Positions 51,165-64,000 of a stretch of 64,000 nt of DNA are shown one piece after another. Below the pieces are notes generated by a model, which worked only from the letters and a program-made list of their open reading frames with translations, was not told where the DNA came from and did no database searches. The position numbers and the translations under genes are program-made. The stretch's first letter is position 1, and each line of letters starts with the position of its first letter. Source of the DNA: Welwitschia mirabilis (taxonomy: Eukaryota); contig JBOZIK010000001.1 of assembly GCA_051453625.1 (NCBI GenBank), positions 2,432,622-2,496,621 of the forward strand. The letters are read 5' to 3'.

Positions 51165-52552
51165 TATTTTGGTATAAATTTATGCAATCCTGAAGTTCTT
51201 TAGGTAAACCTATAAATTAGGTAACTTATAGAAAACACACACTAGTACAGATGGGAGTTCAATCAAATGTCATAATCCCAATGAAGGCACTAGGCTAAGA
51301 GTTAGAGAAGTGATTTCCAATATGTTTTTGGTCTTTTATCTTATAAAACTAAAAGTAAGTAAATAAACAAATGTAATGCAAGTGAATGGAAATGAAATGC
51401 AAGTGAATGGAAATGAAATGCAAATGGATATTGAATGAACTCTCTTGGTTCATAATTCTTTTGTCACAAGGATTAGCCTCTCTATAATTTAGATCAATTA
51501 AGAAGAGTATTCACTAGTTCTTAACTAACATAAACTATGAGATCTACCAAGAAGAACATAAAATGCAATAGAAAATGAAATGGAAAATCAATGCAAATCT
51601 AATACTAAATAAGTTCAACCTTAACAAAGGTTGCCCTTATGATCTAGATAAATCATATAGTTGTCACAATAAACTATGATCAATGTAAACCATAAGGGAC
51701 ATACAGAATGAAGATGAAATAGTAATTTGTATTGATTCAAAATAGTATTTAAATTAACTTAAGAACTTTACATCTACTTACAGAGAATAATAGCATCTCA
51801 ATGGAATAGACTCAACCTCACAGTCAGGAAACCCCTTTTTATAGATTTGGATGGACCTCTTATCCTTTAATCTTCCATTACAAGCATATGAGATAAAAAG
51901 ATGGATTGAAATTAAGGACAAGAGGGAATATTTATAGTTTTCCATTAAAAGTTCTAGAAACACAACCCTAGAAGCTGGAGAAGAAATCCTAGTAGCCCAA
52001 ATAGGATGCATCATCCCATTACAAGATAATTCAACCTTGCTTATATAAAACAATTATCATCTGGACTATCATGGGGATGACACTAGGGATGAAGCCCCAT
52101 AACAATAAATAATTTTATAGTTATTAGCTCCACAATCAAACCTATAGTTAGCTCCAATTCTATCATTCTCCCTCATGTCATGGGAATGATAATAAGAATG
52201 ACACTTCCATAGAAAAGAGTACTTCATTGGCTCCAACCTCCAATCCATGTTGCTCTTATAATAGGTAAGTATAGTGATATCGTCCTATCTATCGTGGGGA
52301 TGATAATTGGGATGGAACCCTTTTAAAACTTCTCTAGTAAAGTAAATCATCCTTCTTTATTATTAGTCTTCCTTCAACATGCTAAGTACTAGAATATCCC
52401 TGAAATGACTTCAATTATGCCAAAAATTACGTGTTTCTATTATTATCCTATTAACTCTTTGTAGTTAGTAGAATTACATCTAAACCTATATAAATGTCCT
52501 ACAAAAGTATTCCAAGTATACTATCAAATTATTACAAATTGACATTGCAACA
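51165..52552 (-). repeat. 3' terminal LTR of the composite
   Basis: Homologous to 3731-5103; PPT TAGCCCCTACTTAGC on + at 52553. Confidence 0.88.
51376..51423. repeat. 20-bp tandem repeat inside an LTR
   Basis: AATGCAAGTGAATGGAAATG plus one A (about 20-21 bp period), repeated twice plus a partial copy. Confidence 0.8.
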
Positions 52553-53841
52553 TAGCCCCTACTTAGCTTTGTCAGTCCCTGATAAAGTGAGCCATCAACT
52601 ATATTGCAAGCTAATTTGACTAAGATAATCATCAACTAGAAAAAAATGGAATTTGAGTTCAATTTATCATGTGGAAATAGACAACAAAAATTCATCAACT
52701 GATACCATTACTACTATAGTCATAAGCCTTCTACTTAAACACATCACAATAGACAAAAAAATCATAGAATGTAACAATGAGAGTTTAAAAAATGATAATG
52801 TATATTCATAAATTGAGAAAGTTATGCTAAAACTAATGTGTAAAACAACCTCAAAGAATAATGCATGAAAAGTTCATCAATGTTTTCTTAAGGGGAAGAT
52901 AAAAGAGTAATCATGGCACTCTTTTTTTTTAGATGATCTAAAACAGATGAAAGTCAAAGTGATTCTTTAAAATTTAAAAATTATAAATTTTTACATGATA
53001 TTATAGAAGAAAGCTCAGAGAGATGTCCTGCTTCCTAGGAAAAACAAGACATCTCAGATTGCACAAAGTAAAAAAAAACGACTGCCATCCTTTCTATTAT
53101 GGAGATGATATACATGAGATGATAGTGTTCAAAATAAGATGTATGAATAGATTAGGAAAAATTTGAAAAACATCTAACAGTAAGCAAGTAGTGGAAAAGC
53201 AGCAAAAAAATAGAAAGATGGTAAAAATTGAAGAAATACAGGAAAAAACATGATCATGATGAAAGAGGCTTATGAGACATAAAATGCATTAAGTAGAAAG
53301 AAACAAGGCTCAAAAGTATTCTATAAATGTACCCCAAACTCTATGAGGATTCAAGATCTATAAGTGGATGTATACAAAACCAAAAGTTAAACTAAAAAAC
53401 ATTAGCATAAAACAAAAGGATCACAGCACTCAAAGTGAAAGAAATGCATTAATTGAAAGTGCTAAAAAGAAAAACAACCCTTATAAATAAAACCTATGGG
53501 TGAAATAAAAAGACAACTAGAGAAATATCAAATGATGAAGTCCTAATTAGTATGTCAAAAAAGATAGGCAATGACTTTGAAAATTCTAAATAAAATAATT
53601 AAGGAAAAGATAATCAAAATGGACAATTAGGAACATGAATAATATTTGCTTACCTACCCAAAATTCCATCCTAATAAGTCACTTATAAGAAATTATAAAA
53701 TCACTTGATAAGAATTAATCACATAATGTAAAATTTCATAANNNNNNNNNNNNNNNNNNNNNNNNNNNNNNNNNNNNNNNNNNNNNNNNNNNNNNNNNNN
53801 NNNNNNNNNNNNNNNNNNNNNNNNNNNNNNNNNNNNNNNNN

Positions 53842-54452
53842 CATGTAAAATTAGTTGTTATCCCAAATTTTGTGAGGACAACAAAGGGGATGATGCTATT
53901 TTTTGCCTTAGGTTGTGTGCCCATATGATGCCGTTAGCCCTGTGGGTTGTGTGTGCATATTACCGATGCTGTCATCCTAATTGTCATCTAGATGACTAAG
54001 GGAATGATGCCCTATCATCATCTGCTCCATGTGCTTCTATCAGTGATGTAGCCTTTTCTATATGATTAAGGTCTTTGTAATACATGTTGTGGAAATGACC
54101 AAAGGCACAACACTCCATGTGCATGTGCTACCCATGTGTTTCCCATGTGCTGCTCATATGTGGTTATCATAATGAGCTATTGTCTCGACTATCATGGGGA
54201 TGATAGTGGGGATGACACTCTTTCCAAGCTCCTCAAGTAGCATAAATATGTCTTCTTCATCCTTAGTCTTCATTCAATATGCTAAGTATCAAAACATGCA
54301 TGAAATACCTCTAATTATGCCAAGATTTACATGTTTCTATGATTATCTTATTCTCTCTCTATAATCAGCAGAATTAAATCTAAACCTATATAAATGTCCT
54401 ACAAAAGTACTCCAAAAACACCATTAGATTCCTACAGATTGGCATCACAACA
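53842..54452 (-). repeat. Internal LTR copy (U3 part) running into an N gap
   Basis: Homologous to 1728-2488, including GCACATGGAGCAGATG; PPT at 54453. Confidence 0.85.
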
Positions 54453-57400
54453 TAGCCCCCTACTTAACCTTGTTAGTCCTTGACAAAGTAGGTGATCAAC
54501 TAGATTACAAGCCAATTTGAATAAGATAATCATCAACTAAAGAAATGGAATTTGAGTTCTATTTATCATATAGGAATAGATGACAATAATTCATTAATAC
54601 AATTACTACTATAGTTATAAGCCCCCTACTTAAACTTATCATAATAGTCCAAATAAATGTTATACGCATAATAAGTTAGAGTGATAATTCAGAAAAATAA
54701 TAATGTATATACATAATGCTAAAACTGATATGTAAGCTTAAGTAGTAATAATTTCAAAGAATAATGCATGAAAAGATCATTAATGTTTTTTATAAAGGAA
54801 AAGTATAGGAGTAATCATGGCATTATTTTTCCCTTTAAATGATCTAAAACATAGCTTTACTGGAAAATCAGTGAGTGTGCTACCTACTCCTACTAAATAA
54901 ATTCCATGAAATGTATTCAAGTTACATGCAATTATGTCTAAATAACTCATCATAAATATGTATCAACTAAGCTCAAAATGATGCTTTAAAATTTAAAAAT
55001 AATAGATTTTTATAGTAATATTTCAGAAGAAAGATCGGAGAGCTGTTTTACTCATCCATAGGAATAGCAAGCCGTCTTGGATTGCAAAAAAGAAAAAAGA
55101 ATGATTGTCATCCCCTTTGTTATGGGGATGGTAAACTAAGATGATGGTCTTTAAAATAAGTTGTTTAGACTAATTTAAAAAAATTCTAAAAAAATTTGAC
55201 AGCAAGCAAGTATTAGAGACATGGCAGGAAAAAATAGAAGGTAGAAAAATGTGAAGAATTTATCCTAAAAAATAGAATCATGGAGAAAGAAACTGATGAG
55301 ATCATAATCATATAGAAAGAAATGCTCATAAGTATTCCTCCAATGTGTTCTATAATTTATGAGTGTTCAAAATATGTAAGTGGATGAATGAAAAATCATA
55401 AAACCACACATCAAAAACACTAGTATAAAACAAAAAGATCACATTAATCAATATGAAAGAAATGCATCAATTAATAGTGCCAAAAAGAAAAATAGCCCTT
55501 ATAAAGAAAACCTATAAGTGAAAATAAAAAGACAACTAGAGAGATACCAAATGATCAGGTTCTAATTATGATGTAAAAAAAGATACTATAATAACTTTGA
55601 AAAATTTCAAATAAAATAACTAAGGAAAAACGTAATGAGAAATAGACAACTAGGAATATGAAAAAGATAGAGTTACCTAACAAAGTCCCTTAGAAGAAAT
55701 CATAAAATCACCAAAGAATGCATGACATAATGAAAAAATTCATAAAGTTCCACTCAAATGGGTAATGATTATGATGATGTTAAGTATGTCTAATGTTATC
55801 AAATAATGAATGATAAGATAAAAAGTTGTTAAAATAGGAACTTACAAGCTATCATCTCAAAATAATACTAGAATCTGAAAAATTAAAGTTATCATGTGAA
55901 AGTATTATAAATAAGTAAAGAAAATGAGTTTAGAAAACAAGAAATGCCTCTTATAACACTAGGGACATTACTGATCTCTTAGCCTCTAAGTACATTTTAT
56001 TTTTTTTTTTAAATTTTACCATGATGAGGGGAGTGCAACCACTATCAGAGGAGTAAGGACCTATGTAATATGGCCAACTAACACCCTAGTGAAGTTTTTA
56101 CAACTATCATATCACACTTCTAAAGGTTCCTCTTGGGAATATATAACATGAATGAGCATGGCCTTTATTTCTTACTTTGCTTTCCTTTTTCCTCCCTTTT
56201 TTTTCTTGAATGGTTAATACACATGACTAAATACTTATAAGGATAAAATTAAAGTAATTAAATAAATAACAAGAAATAATATGCTTAAAACAACTAATTA
56301 CTTATACCATTAAAAGAGAATAAAAGAACTAAGTCATCTTCCTTTAAAATTAAGTTCATAGACATACGAATGTTTGGAGATTAGATAAATCTGATCTTAT
56401 TATTTAAAATGCCCAAGTAAATATGTCTTAATCATGGTAACTTTATAAAATAAAACATTAATCAAGTTAAGGATGTTCAAGTGATAGCATGAGATTACCA
56501 AAAGAATCAGCTAAATAAGAATGTAGATAATGGCAAGGAAAAAAATTCAAGACAACTTCTTATAACATGTTCAGGGTTTAATTGATAAATATTTCAATTA
56601 TTTTCAACCTTATATACATTAAATTATGAATTTTTCAAGTGTTTAGATTGAAATTTTTAATGGATCCATTTAAAGATGTACTTTTTCTAAAAGATAAGGA
56701 CCTAATCATTGAGAATTTTAACTAGTTATGTAAAAAATGCAGTCAGGTATTGTATTTTTCAGAAAAATAAGGTCAAACCAGATATAAATCAATTAATGAA
56801 ACATAAAAGTTATGTAATCGATTTTAAGTAAAATCAAGTAGAGACAAAGATAGTAAAATGATAAAACTTTGATAGCACAATTTTCAAAATTAAAATAAGA
56901 GATAAGAAAGTGATAAATTTTATTGACAAATAATCTCTTATTGAAATAGTATAAAGCATGAGTATTATTATATAATTCATTCAAGGTACTACTAAAATAA
57001 TAAAGCTAAGAATTTTTTAAGGGCTTTTAAGGATATTAAATAAGATTAAGAAGCTTATTCAGATTTAACTCTAAACATGGGTTATTATTAAGAATATAAG
57101 GCCTACCCCAATTCAAAATTCCAAGATATTTCAAGTTAAACTTTTAAAAAAAATAATCATTAAAGAACAAGATAAAATAAACTTGGTAGAAAAATAAAGA
57201 ACATTACTTTGAGTATCACATGAATTTTTAAAAGAAAGATATTGAGAGATAGGAGAAATAGATTCTTTGAAATGATTGGTGTTATAAGAGTCAAGGTAAG
57301 AAACATAACCTTAGAATTATATAAAGGTGTAATTGAAAGAGATGGAAAAAGATTATCATTATCAATGTCAAAAGGTAATATGAAGAAGCAAGTAGAAGTG

Positions 57401-59314
57401 AAAGAAATGATGTGATTTGAAATTGTACAAGAAGGAATAAGTGAAATGGATGTAGAAGTATGGGTGGAATGAATAAGTTTATCCTTTATGAAATTTGAAT
57501 AAATCTCTATGAGTTCTTCATTATGATCAGTTTCTTCACTATTGTCTTTATCATTATTTTGTTAGGTTATTGCTTCACTTTTCTCATTATTTTTGATGAC
57601 TATATCTCCCTCCTCATGTTGACTATTGCTTTCATTCTCTACGTTATTGGATTTCTCGAAAAGATTAGAAAGAGAAATACGAGCATCATCTTCATCATTG
57701 ATTAGAGGGTTTTCAATTTTCTTATGATTGAATTTCTAATCTCGATTATCTAATAGTAAATGGATGATAGGGATATAATCTAATATCTCAATATCATCAT
57801 TTAATGAATGGTTATCCTCATCCCAATTATTAAAATATTAAATTATATATTATCTCCCTTTTGCTTATCTCCTAATGAGTAGGATGTTAAAGTTTAATCC
57901 ACAATTTCATTTTCAAGTTGAAATAAATAATCATCATCATTTGTTGCTAATTTTTCTTCATTTTTCTTAAGGTAAGATAAAGTAAGATAGTTGTGAGAAT
58001 GTTATGTTATAAAAAAACCTTGATTATGTAATAGTGTCTATTGCAATATTTTAACTAATTTTTCTAAGTTTTTGTTTATGTTTTCTTTGTTCTTATTCAT
58101 TTCGTTCATGGGAGATGGTTATTCTTCATGATGATTTCTAGGAGATGGTTGGAATTGATAAAAATGATTGCAAGAAGTTTATTTGAATGAGGTGGAATTC
58201 CTAAAATATGGAAAATCTTCATCATCATTTCTATATAAGGTTTGAAAAGAATAGAGGAAAGAATAAGAATAATAAGAAAAAAAAGGGGCCAAATTCCTAC
58301 TCTCAATACCATTTTGTATTATTATCCCTCTTGCGAAACCTAAACCTCAGAATCTTTTATGTTTCTCCTCCTTTTTGCAAAGATCTCTCAAAGTGTTTTC
58401 TTACTATTGTCCTCAACAATTTGCAAGTTTATTCTCCTTTCAGAAAGAAGTTCCGCAATGGTTCTTTTATTACTATTTATTAAGAAAGTAAGAAGAATGG
58501 AATAAGAAAATTAAATTCAATATTGTAAGAAAGATAAGTACATAATGAAGATCAAGTTCTATTTTCTTTGATGTGTCATCGTTTTATCAAAATTATGGAT
58601 CCTTTAACACTCAAAATATGTGAAATCATAATTACTCTAATTGTCATGAAAACAACTAATAGAATGACTATAGAGAGAAAGAAAAATCTGATTCTTCAAT
58701 AAGAGAAAAAATTCTTGGAACTTGTGTACTTATGATATGCGTACTTGTATTTTGCTTGAATTTGAATGATCCTACAGTAACACTTTTCTTTAATCAAGTT
58801 TTGCTTCCTTTAATATTTTGTCTTTCTACTAGAATTCGCTATGTCCCTACATGCACAAACCATAAATAAAAAACCAAAATAAAAAACAAGATTCTGGCAT
58901 CTACCTTATTATGGGAATGATAGGGAAGACTAAAAAAAATAAACTCAAAACTCAGAAAGAAAAATTACTAAATCTTAGAAAAGTAAAACTATTATGTAGG
59001 CTATCATGTGAACGATAGATAGGAGAATAATACCTTTAAAAAAACTATAAGTAAAAGAAAAATTGCAAAAATAAAACATAATTTTAAAATTTCAGAGCTA
59101 TTATTTTTAATTTCATTGGGATGATGAAGAGAAGGATAGGATTCCTAAAAAAAAGTTACAGGAAATAAAATTTATAAAAATAAACCTACTTTAACCTAAG
59201 CCAAAAATACAATACTAATTCAAATAAATAACTTGAATAGAGGATTCAAGGTACTTATTTGGTTAGTGATAATTCTCTAGCTCTTTGCGGCCTTCCCTAG
59301 TAATGATCCCAAAA

Positions 59315-60530
59315 TGTTACAGTATGAATTTATGCAATCCTAAAGTTCTTTAGGTAAACCTCTAAATCAAATAACTTGCAGAAAATACATACTAGTATAG
59401 ACAAGAGTTCACTTAAATTTCATAATTCCAATGAAGGCACTAGGCTAAGAGTTAGAAAATTGATTTCTAATATGTTTTTGATTTTTTATCTTATAAAAAC
59501 TAAAAGTAAATAAATAAGTAAATGCAATGCTTGGTTCCTAATCCTTTCGTTATAAGGATTAGCCTCTCTATAATTTATATCAATTCAGAAGAGTATTTAC
59601 TAGTTCTTAACTAATATAAACTATGAGATCTACCAAGTATAATATGACATGCAATAGGAAGGAAAATGGAAAAGTAATGCAAATATAATACTAAACAAGA
59701 TCAACTTTAATAAAGGTTGCCCTTATGATCTAGGTAAATCACAGAGTTGCCACAATAAACTATGACCAATGTAAACCATAAGGGAAATACAGAATGGAGT
59801 TGAAATAGAAATTATATTGGTTTAAAATAGTATTTGGATTAACTCAAGAACTTTACATCCACTTACAGATAAAATAACAACATCTCAATGGAAAAGACTT
59901 AGCCTAATACTAAGAAAACTTCTTTCTATAGCTCTAGATGGATCTCTTATCCTTTAATCTTCCATCACAATTCTATCATATTAAAAGATGGAAATAGAAA
60001 TATAAGAGGGAAAGGGTATTTATAGTTTTGTATTGACGTCCTAGAAATAAAACTATAAAAGTCAAAAAAAAAAAAAAAAAAAAAACTAATAGCCCACATG
60101 GGTTGCTTAACCCCATTATAAAGATATTTCTTTCTTACTATACAAAAAGAACTATTGTTCTAACTATCATTGGGATAACATGAAGGATGTCACCCTATGT
60201 CAAGTATCTTCAGGCCTAATGTTAGCTTGCAGCTTTCATCCATATCAGTAGTGTTATCATGCTATATGTCATAGGAACGACATAGGGATGATAGTCTTTC
60301 TTATCTCCAATCTCAAAGGTAAATTAGTCTTGTACATCATGAATTCTTACTCTAAATATGCAGTATCAGAATAAGCCTAAGAAACCATAAAATATGCTAA
60401 TAATTACATATTTTACTGATTATTTTATCTTATCTTCATAGTCATTAGTATTGCATCCAAAACTTTTGTAAATTTTTTACAAAAGTACTAAAAATGCACT
60501 ATCAAATTCCTATAAATTGGCATCGTAACA
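59315..60530 (-). repeat. Complete internal LTR with a PPT upstream and a PBS downstream
   Basis: Both TG...CA ends are intact (TGTTACAG at 59315, CGTAACA at 60530). A PPT-like TAGCCCACTA lies at 60531 and the PBS at 59293-59312. Confidence 0.88.
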
Positions 60531-62209
60531 TAGCCCACTATTGAGTTATGTTAGTCCCTGATAAAGTAAGTGATCAACTAGATTTGCGAATCAGTTTGAC
60601 TAAAATAAAATAGTACTAAAAAATATAAGTTTAGTTCTATTAAATCATGTAAGAAAATGATATCATCAATAAATAATTGAAACAAATTCTGTAAAAATTT
60701 TTCTTAAGCCCCTTACTTAAGCATGTCATTATAAATGAATGCTATGCACATAGAGAAATTAAAAAAGTAACTTAATGACTTATGAAATGAAAATATGTAT
60801 GCATATTATAAAAATAGTGATAATGGACTAATGTGATAGATTTAACTAGTGATAAATTTCAAAAAAGTGATGAATTTAAGTTCATTAGTATCATCATAAA
60901 GGCAAAGGACAAGAGTAGATAAAGCATTTTTTTAGATGATTTAAAACATGGCTATGGAAAAATTGTGAGTATGCTGTTGGAACTTGTAAGATAAAGTTCA
61001 TGAATTCTCCACAAATTTATTTAAATAAAATGAAAAACTAATCCAAATAACTCATCATAAATTTAGATCATGAAGGTTAGAATATGAAAAAATTGTGCTA
61101 AAAAGTATAGAATAATGCCCAAAAAGATGTCTTATTCCCTTATAGGAGAAGTAAGACATCCTAAATTGCACCAAGAATAACGGAGGATTATTGTCCCCTA
61201 TATGATTAGTAAAGCAAGTGTCGGATAATAGTTATAAAATAAGATATTTGGAGAAAAAGGTGAAATTGGAAAAATCTAGAAAACAAAAAAACACAAGAAA
61301 ATAATAGAAAGAAAATAGAAAACATGGAAAAAGTGAAGAAATAGCCTGAGAGCATCCTGATGGTGGAGAAGAAAAAGGTGATAGTAGAATAAAATTTACT
61401 AAGTGAAAAGAAAACAATGCTGAAAGACTCCTCAAATGTGCTTTAACTCACGGAAAAGAAGAACTAAAACTCATTAAATCATAATAACCTATAGGAAAAA
61501 ACAATAATCCTCTAGAAAAATTATGGATAAATATCAATAAGAAACTAAAAAATGATTAGATCCATAATATGATATTGAAAAACTATGAAAATTAACTTTG
61601 AAAAACCCAATAAAACAACTAAAGAAAAATAAAAATGAAAATAGACAACTAGGAACAAGAAGAAGATCACTTTCTTATCCTAAATGCTAACCTAATAAAT
61701 TCCCTTGGCAACAATCATAAAGTTACTTGATGAAAGAGGCATGATAATATATAGAAATTTATAAATTATCACTCAATTAGGCAATGATTATGATGATGTC
61801 AAGTATGTCTAATGTTATCAAATAATAAATGATAACATAAAAAGCTATTTAAAATAGGAACTTACAAGCTACCATAACAAAATAATACTAAAATCCAAAA
61901 AGTAGAGGGATCATGTGAAAGTACTAAAAATAATTAAAGAAAAGTGAGTTTAAAAAATAAGTAATGCCTCTAATGACATCAAGGACACTACTAATGTTAT
62001 AGCCTCTAACTATATTAGGTTAAAGTATAGAAAATTACTAACAATAACTAACTATTATAGGTCTATATTTCTTTCTTAAAATAAAAACAATTAAGATGTA
62101 CTCCTTTCTNNNNNNNNNNNNNNNNNNNNNNNNNNNNNNNNNNNNNNNNNNNNNNNNNNNNNNNNNNNNNNNNNNNNNNNNNNNNNNNNNNNNNNNNNNN
62201 NNNNNNNNN

Positions 62210-62852
62210 GAGAATGGGGATAAAGCCCCATAATAATAAATAATTTAATAGTTGTTAGCTTCATAATCAGCCTTATAGTTTTCTTTAATTTTATCATCGT
62301 CTCTTATGTCATGGGGATGACAATGGAGATAATACCTCCATAGAAAAAAGTACTTCATTGGATCCAACCTCCAATCCATGTTGCTATTGTGATAGGTAGG
62401 TATAGTGCTGTCATCCACTCTATCATGGGGATGATAGTTAGAATGACATCCTTCTAAAACGTCTCTAGTAAATAAAATTAGGCTTTTTCATCATTAGTCT
62501 TCCTTTAACATGCTAAGTACCAGAACATGCCTAAAATACCTTCTGTTATATCAAAAATTATGTGTTTTTGTGATCATCNNNNNNNNNNNNNNNNNNNNNN
62601 NNNNNNNNNNNNNNNNNNNNNNNNNNNNNNNNNNNNNNNNNNNNNNNNNNNNNNNNNNNNNNNNNNNNNNNNNNNNNNATGCTAAGTACCAGAACATGCC
62701 TAAAATACCTTCTGTTATATCAAAAATTATGTGTTTTTGTGATCATCGTATCGACTATCCATAATTAGTAGAATTGCATCTAAGCCTATATAAATGTCTT
62801 GCAAAAGTACTTCAAATACACCATTAAATTCCTATAAATTAGCATCACAATA
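62210..62852 (-). repeat. 5' terminal LTR of the composite (partial, gaps)
   Basis: Shares the subtype-specific GTACTTCATTGG.TCCAACCTCCAATCCATGTTGCT with 52218-52255. Confidence 0.85.
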
Positions 62853-64000
62853 CTTATCCTATGAAGAATGTTTTTCCATTCCTCTCACTTATGCTTTCAT
62901 GTAAAACTCAAAATACCATTCTTTCTTCTAACACTAATTCCACATTATCTTATACCTTTTAAAAACATGATTTGGGGTTTCTTGAATCTTAAATTTCAGT
63001 AAAGATTATCTTCTCGATGTAAACTTGTATCTTAAGTTAAATTATAGGGAACTTTTTAGTCTTATTAACGATGCCTTAATCGATCATTCTAAGAAGCCTC
63101 TTAATATATCTTGGATTCATTATTTGATTAGTATTATTCATGAATCACAGAATGAAAATCATGCTTATAATATGTTGTAGCAAATTAATAAGGTATTACT
63201 TTTCAATTAAATATGTCAATTATTCGTCTCTTATTTAAATTATGAAAATTGTGGCATTAAGTTGTTATCAATATATTTCTTGTACTATCAACTAATTTTA
63301 TTCAAAAATGATCATATGTCTTTCATATTTCATCAATTGGTTTTTATATGATATGGTCCTTATTTTACTTAACAAGTATAATTTAATGAATATGTTGGAA
63401 TAACTATCTTTTGGCATAATAAAAAACGTAAAGAAAAGGAACAATGGCTTGTACCATTATTCTACTTAAAGCAATTGATTTGGTAAATCCTATTTTCTTG
63501 AAGAGATTTCTACCACTTACTTTATACAAATGTTATTATTTAAATTATCTCTTTTTTTCACATTTATTAACTTGAAGTATGTTCATGCTTTTTCAACCTA
63601 TGAATTATGAATTAGATTTTAGCAAATTAATAGGTATTTATGAACCTATGAACTCTTATTCCATAAGATTAAAATATTCTTAACTAAGTTGTTCATATTG
63701 TATTATTTATCTCTTTATTAGCTTTAATGTTTTAACTTATTATTACTTTAATATACATATAAGTTATATTCCATTAAAAAAATAAAGAGAGAAAAAAAAA
63801 AGAAAAATTCTTAAATAAAAATATGAGTCAAAATAAGAATATCAATATGAACTCTAGAAGCAGTTTTTATGATCACTTCTAATCTATCTCAGGGTATACC
63901 ACATCAAGGGACAAGCTACTTAATAGCCTATGTTCTATCTCATGAATCCTACTTCTTATGACAAAAGCAAGGTAATGATTTAGAAATGAGAACTCCATAA

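Larger units (their letters stand above)
51165..62852 (-). mobile_element. Four-LTR composite Athila-like non-autonomous element bounded by one TSD
   Basis: LTRs at 62210-62852 (partial, gap), 59315-60530, 53842-54452 (partial, gap) and 51165-52552. PPTs adjoin 60530, 54452 and 52552. PBS TTGGGATCATTACTAGGGAA at 59293-59312. Flanks are CTTAC (51160-51164) and CTTAT (62853-62857). Confidence 0.8.
48880..64000 (+). mobile_element. Older Athila-like non-autonomous element E, split by the composite insertion and running off the window end
   Basis: LTR-like region with TATAAATACCCC (~49224) ending TTTCAACA at 49885. Decayed PBS TTTGTATCATTACTGAAGA at 49888-49906. Internal 50270-51160 is homologous to ~58400-57480 (-). 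Similar sequence resumes after 62857. The start is approximate. Confidence 0.6.

Noticed and set aside
55293-55318. CTGATGA...GAAA hammerhead-ribozyme-like core (retrozyme idea)
   Set aside because: No stem II pairing between the motifs, and the homologous copy near 835-852 reads GTGATGAG on -, so the core is not conserved.
62510-62747. Exact ~69-bp direct repeat on both sides of the 100-N gap
   Set aside because: Same artefact; exact identity is implausible given how decayed the surrounding sequence is.

Overview
AT-rich plant (most likely angiosperm) nuclear DNA from a draft assembly with many N gaps. I found no intact host gene, rRNA gene or CRISPR array. The window is a nested graveyard of old transposable elements decayed mainly by C>T/G>A transitions. 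It holds: (i) several Athila-lineage Ty3/Gypsy elements (degenerate tRNA-Asp PBS, pre-PPT hairpin) that lack RT/RNaseH/integrase, including two full-length gag+protease-only copies (10608-18520 + with a GTAGA TSD; 25955-33359 -); (ii) a four-LTR composite element (51165-62852 -) bounded by one TSD, whose 3' module order recurs at 1-5103; (iii) a CACTA element (tnp2 pseudogene ~5110-7950 -, terminus at 22256) carrying a tandemly duplicated fragment resembling plastid trnfM-CAU; (iv) an internally deleted Sirevirus-like Ty1/Copia element (~33950-39440); (v) a heavily decayed stretch resembling a caulimovirid protease-RT-RNaseH region (~46050-47450 -). All family assignments come from motifs read by eye and compared with remembered consensus sequences; no database searches were run.
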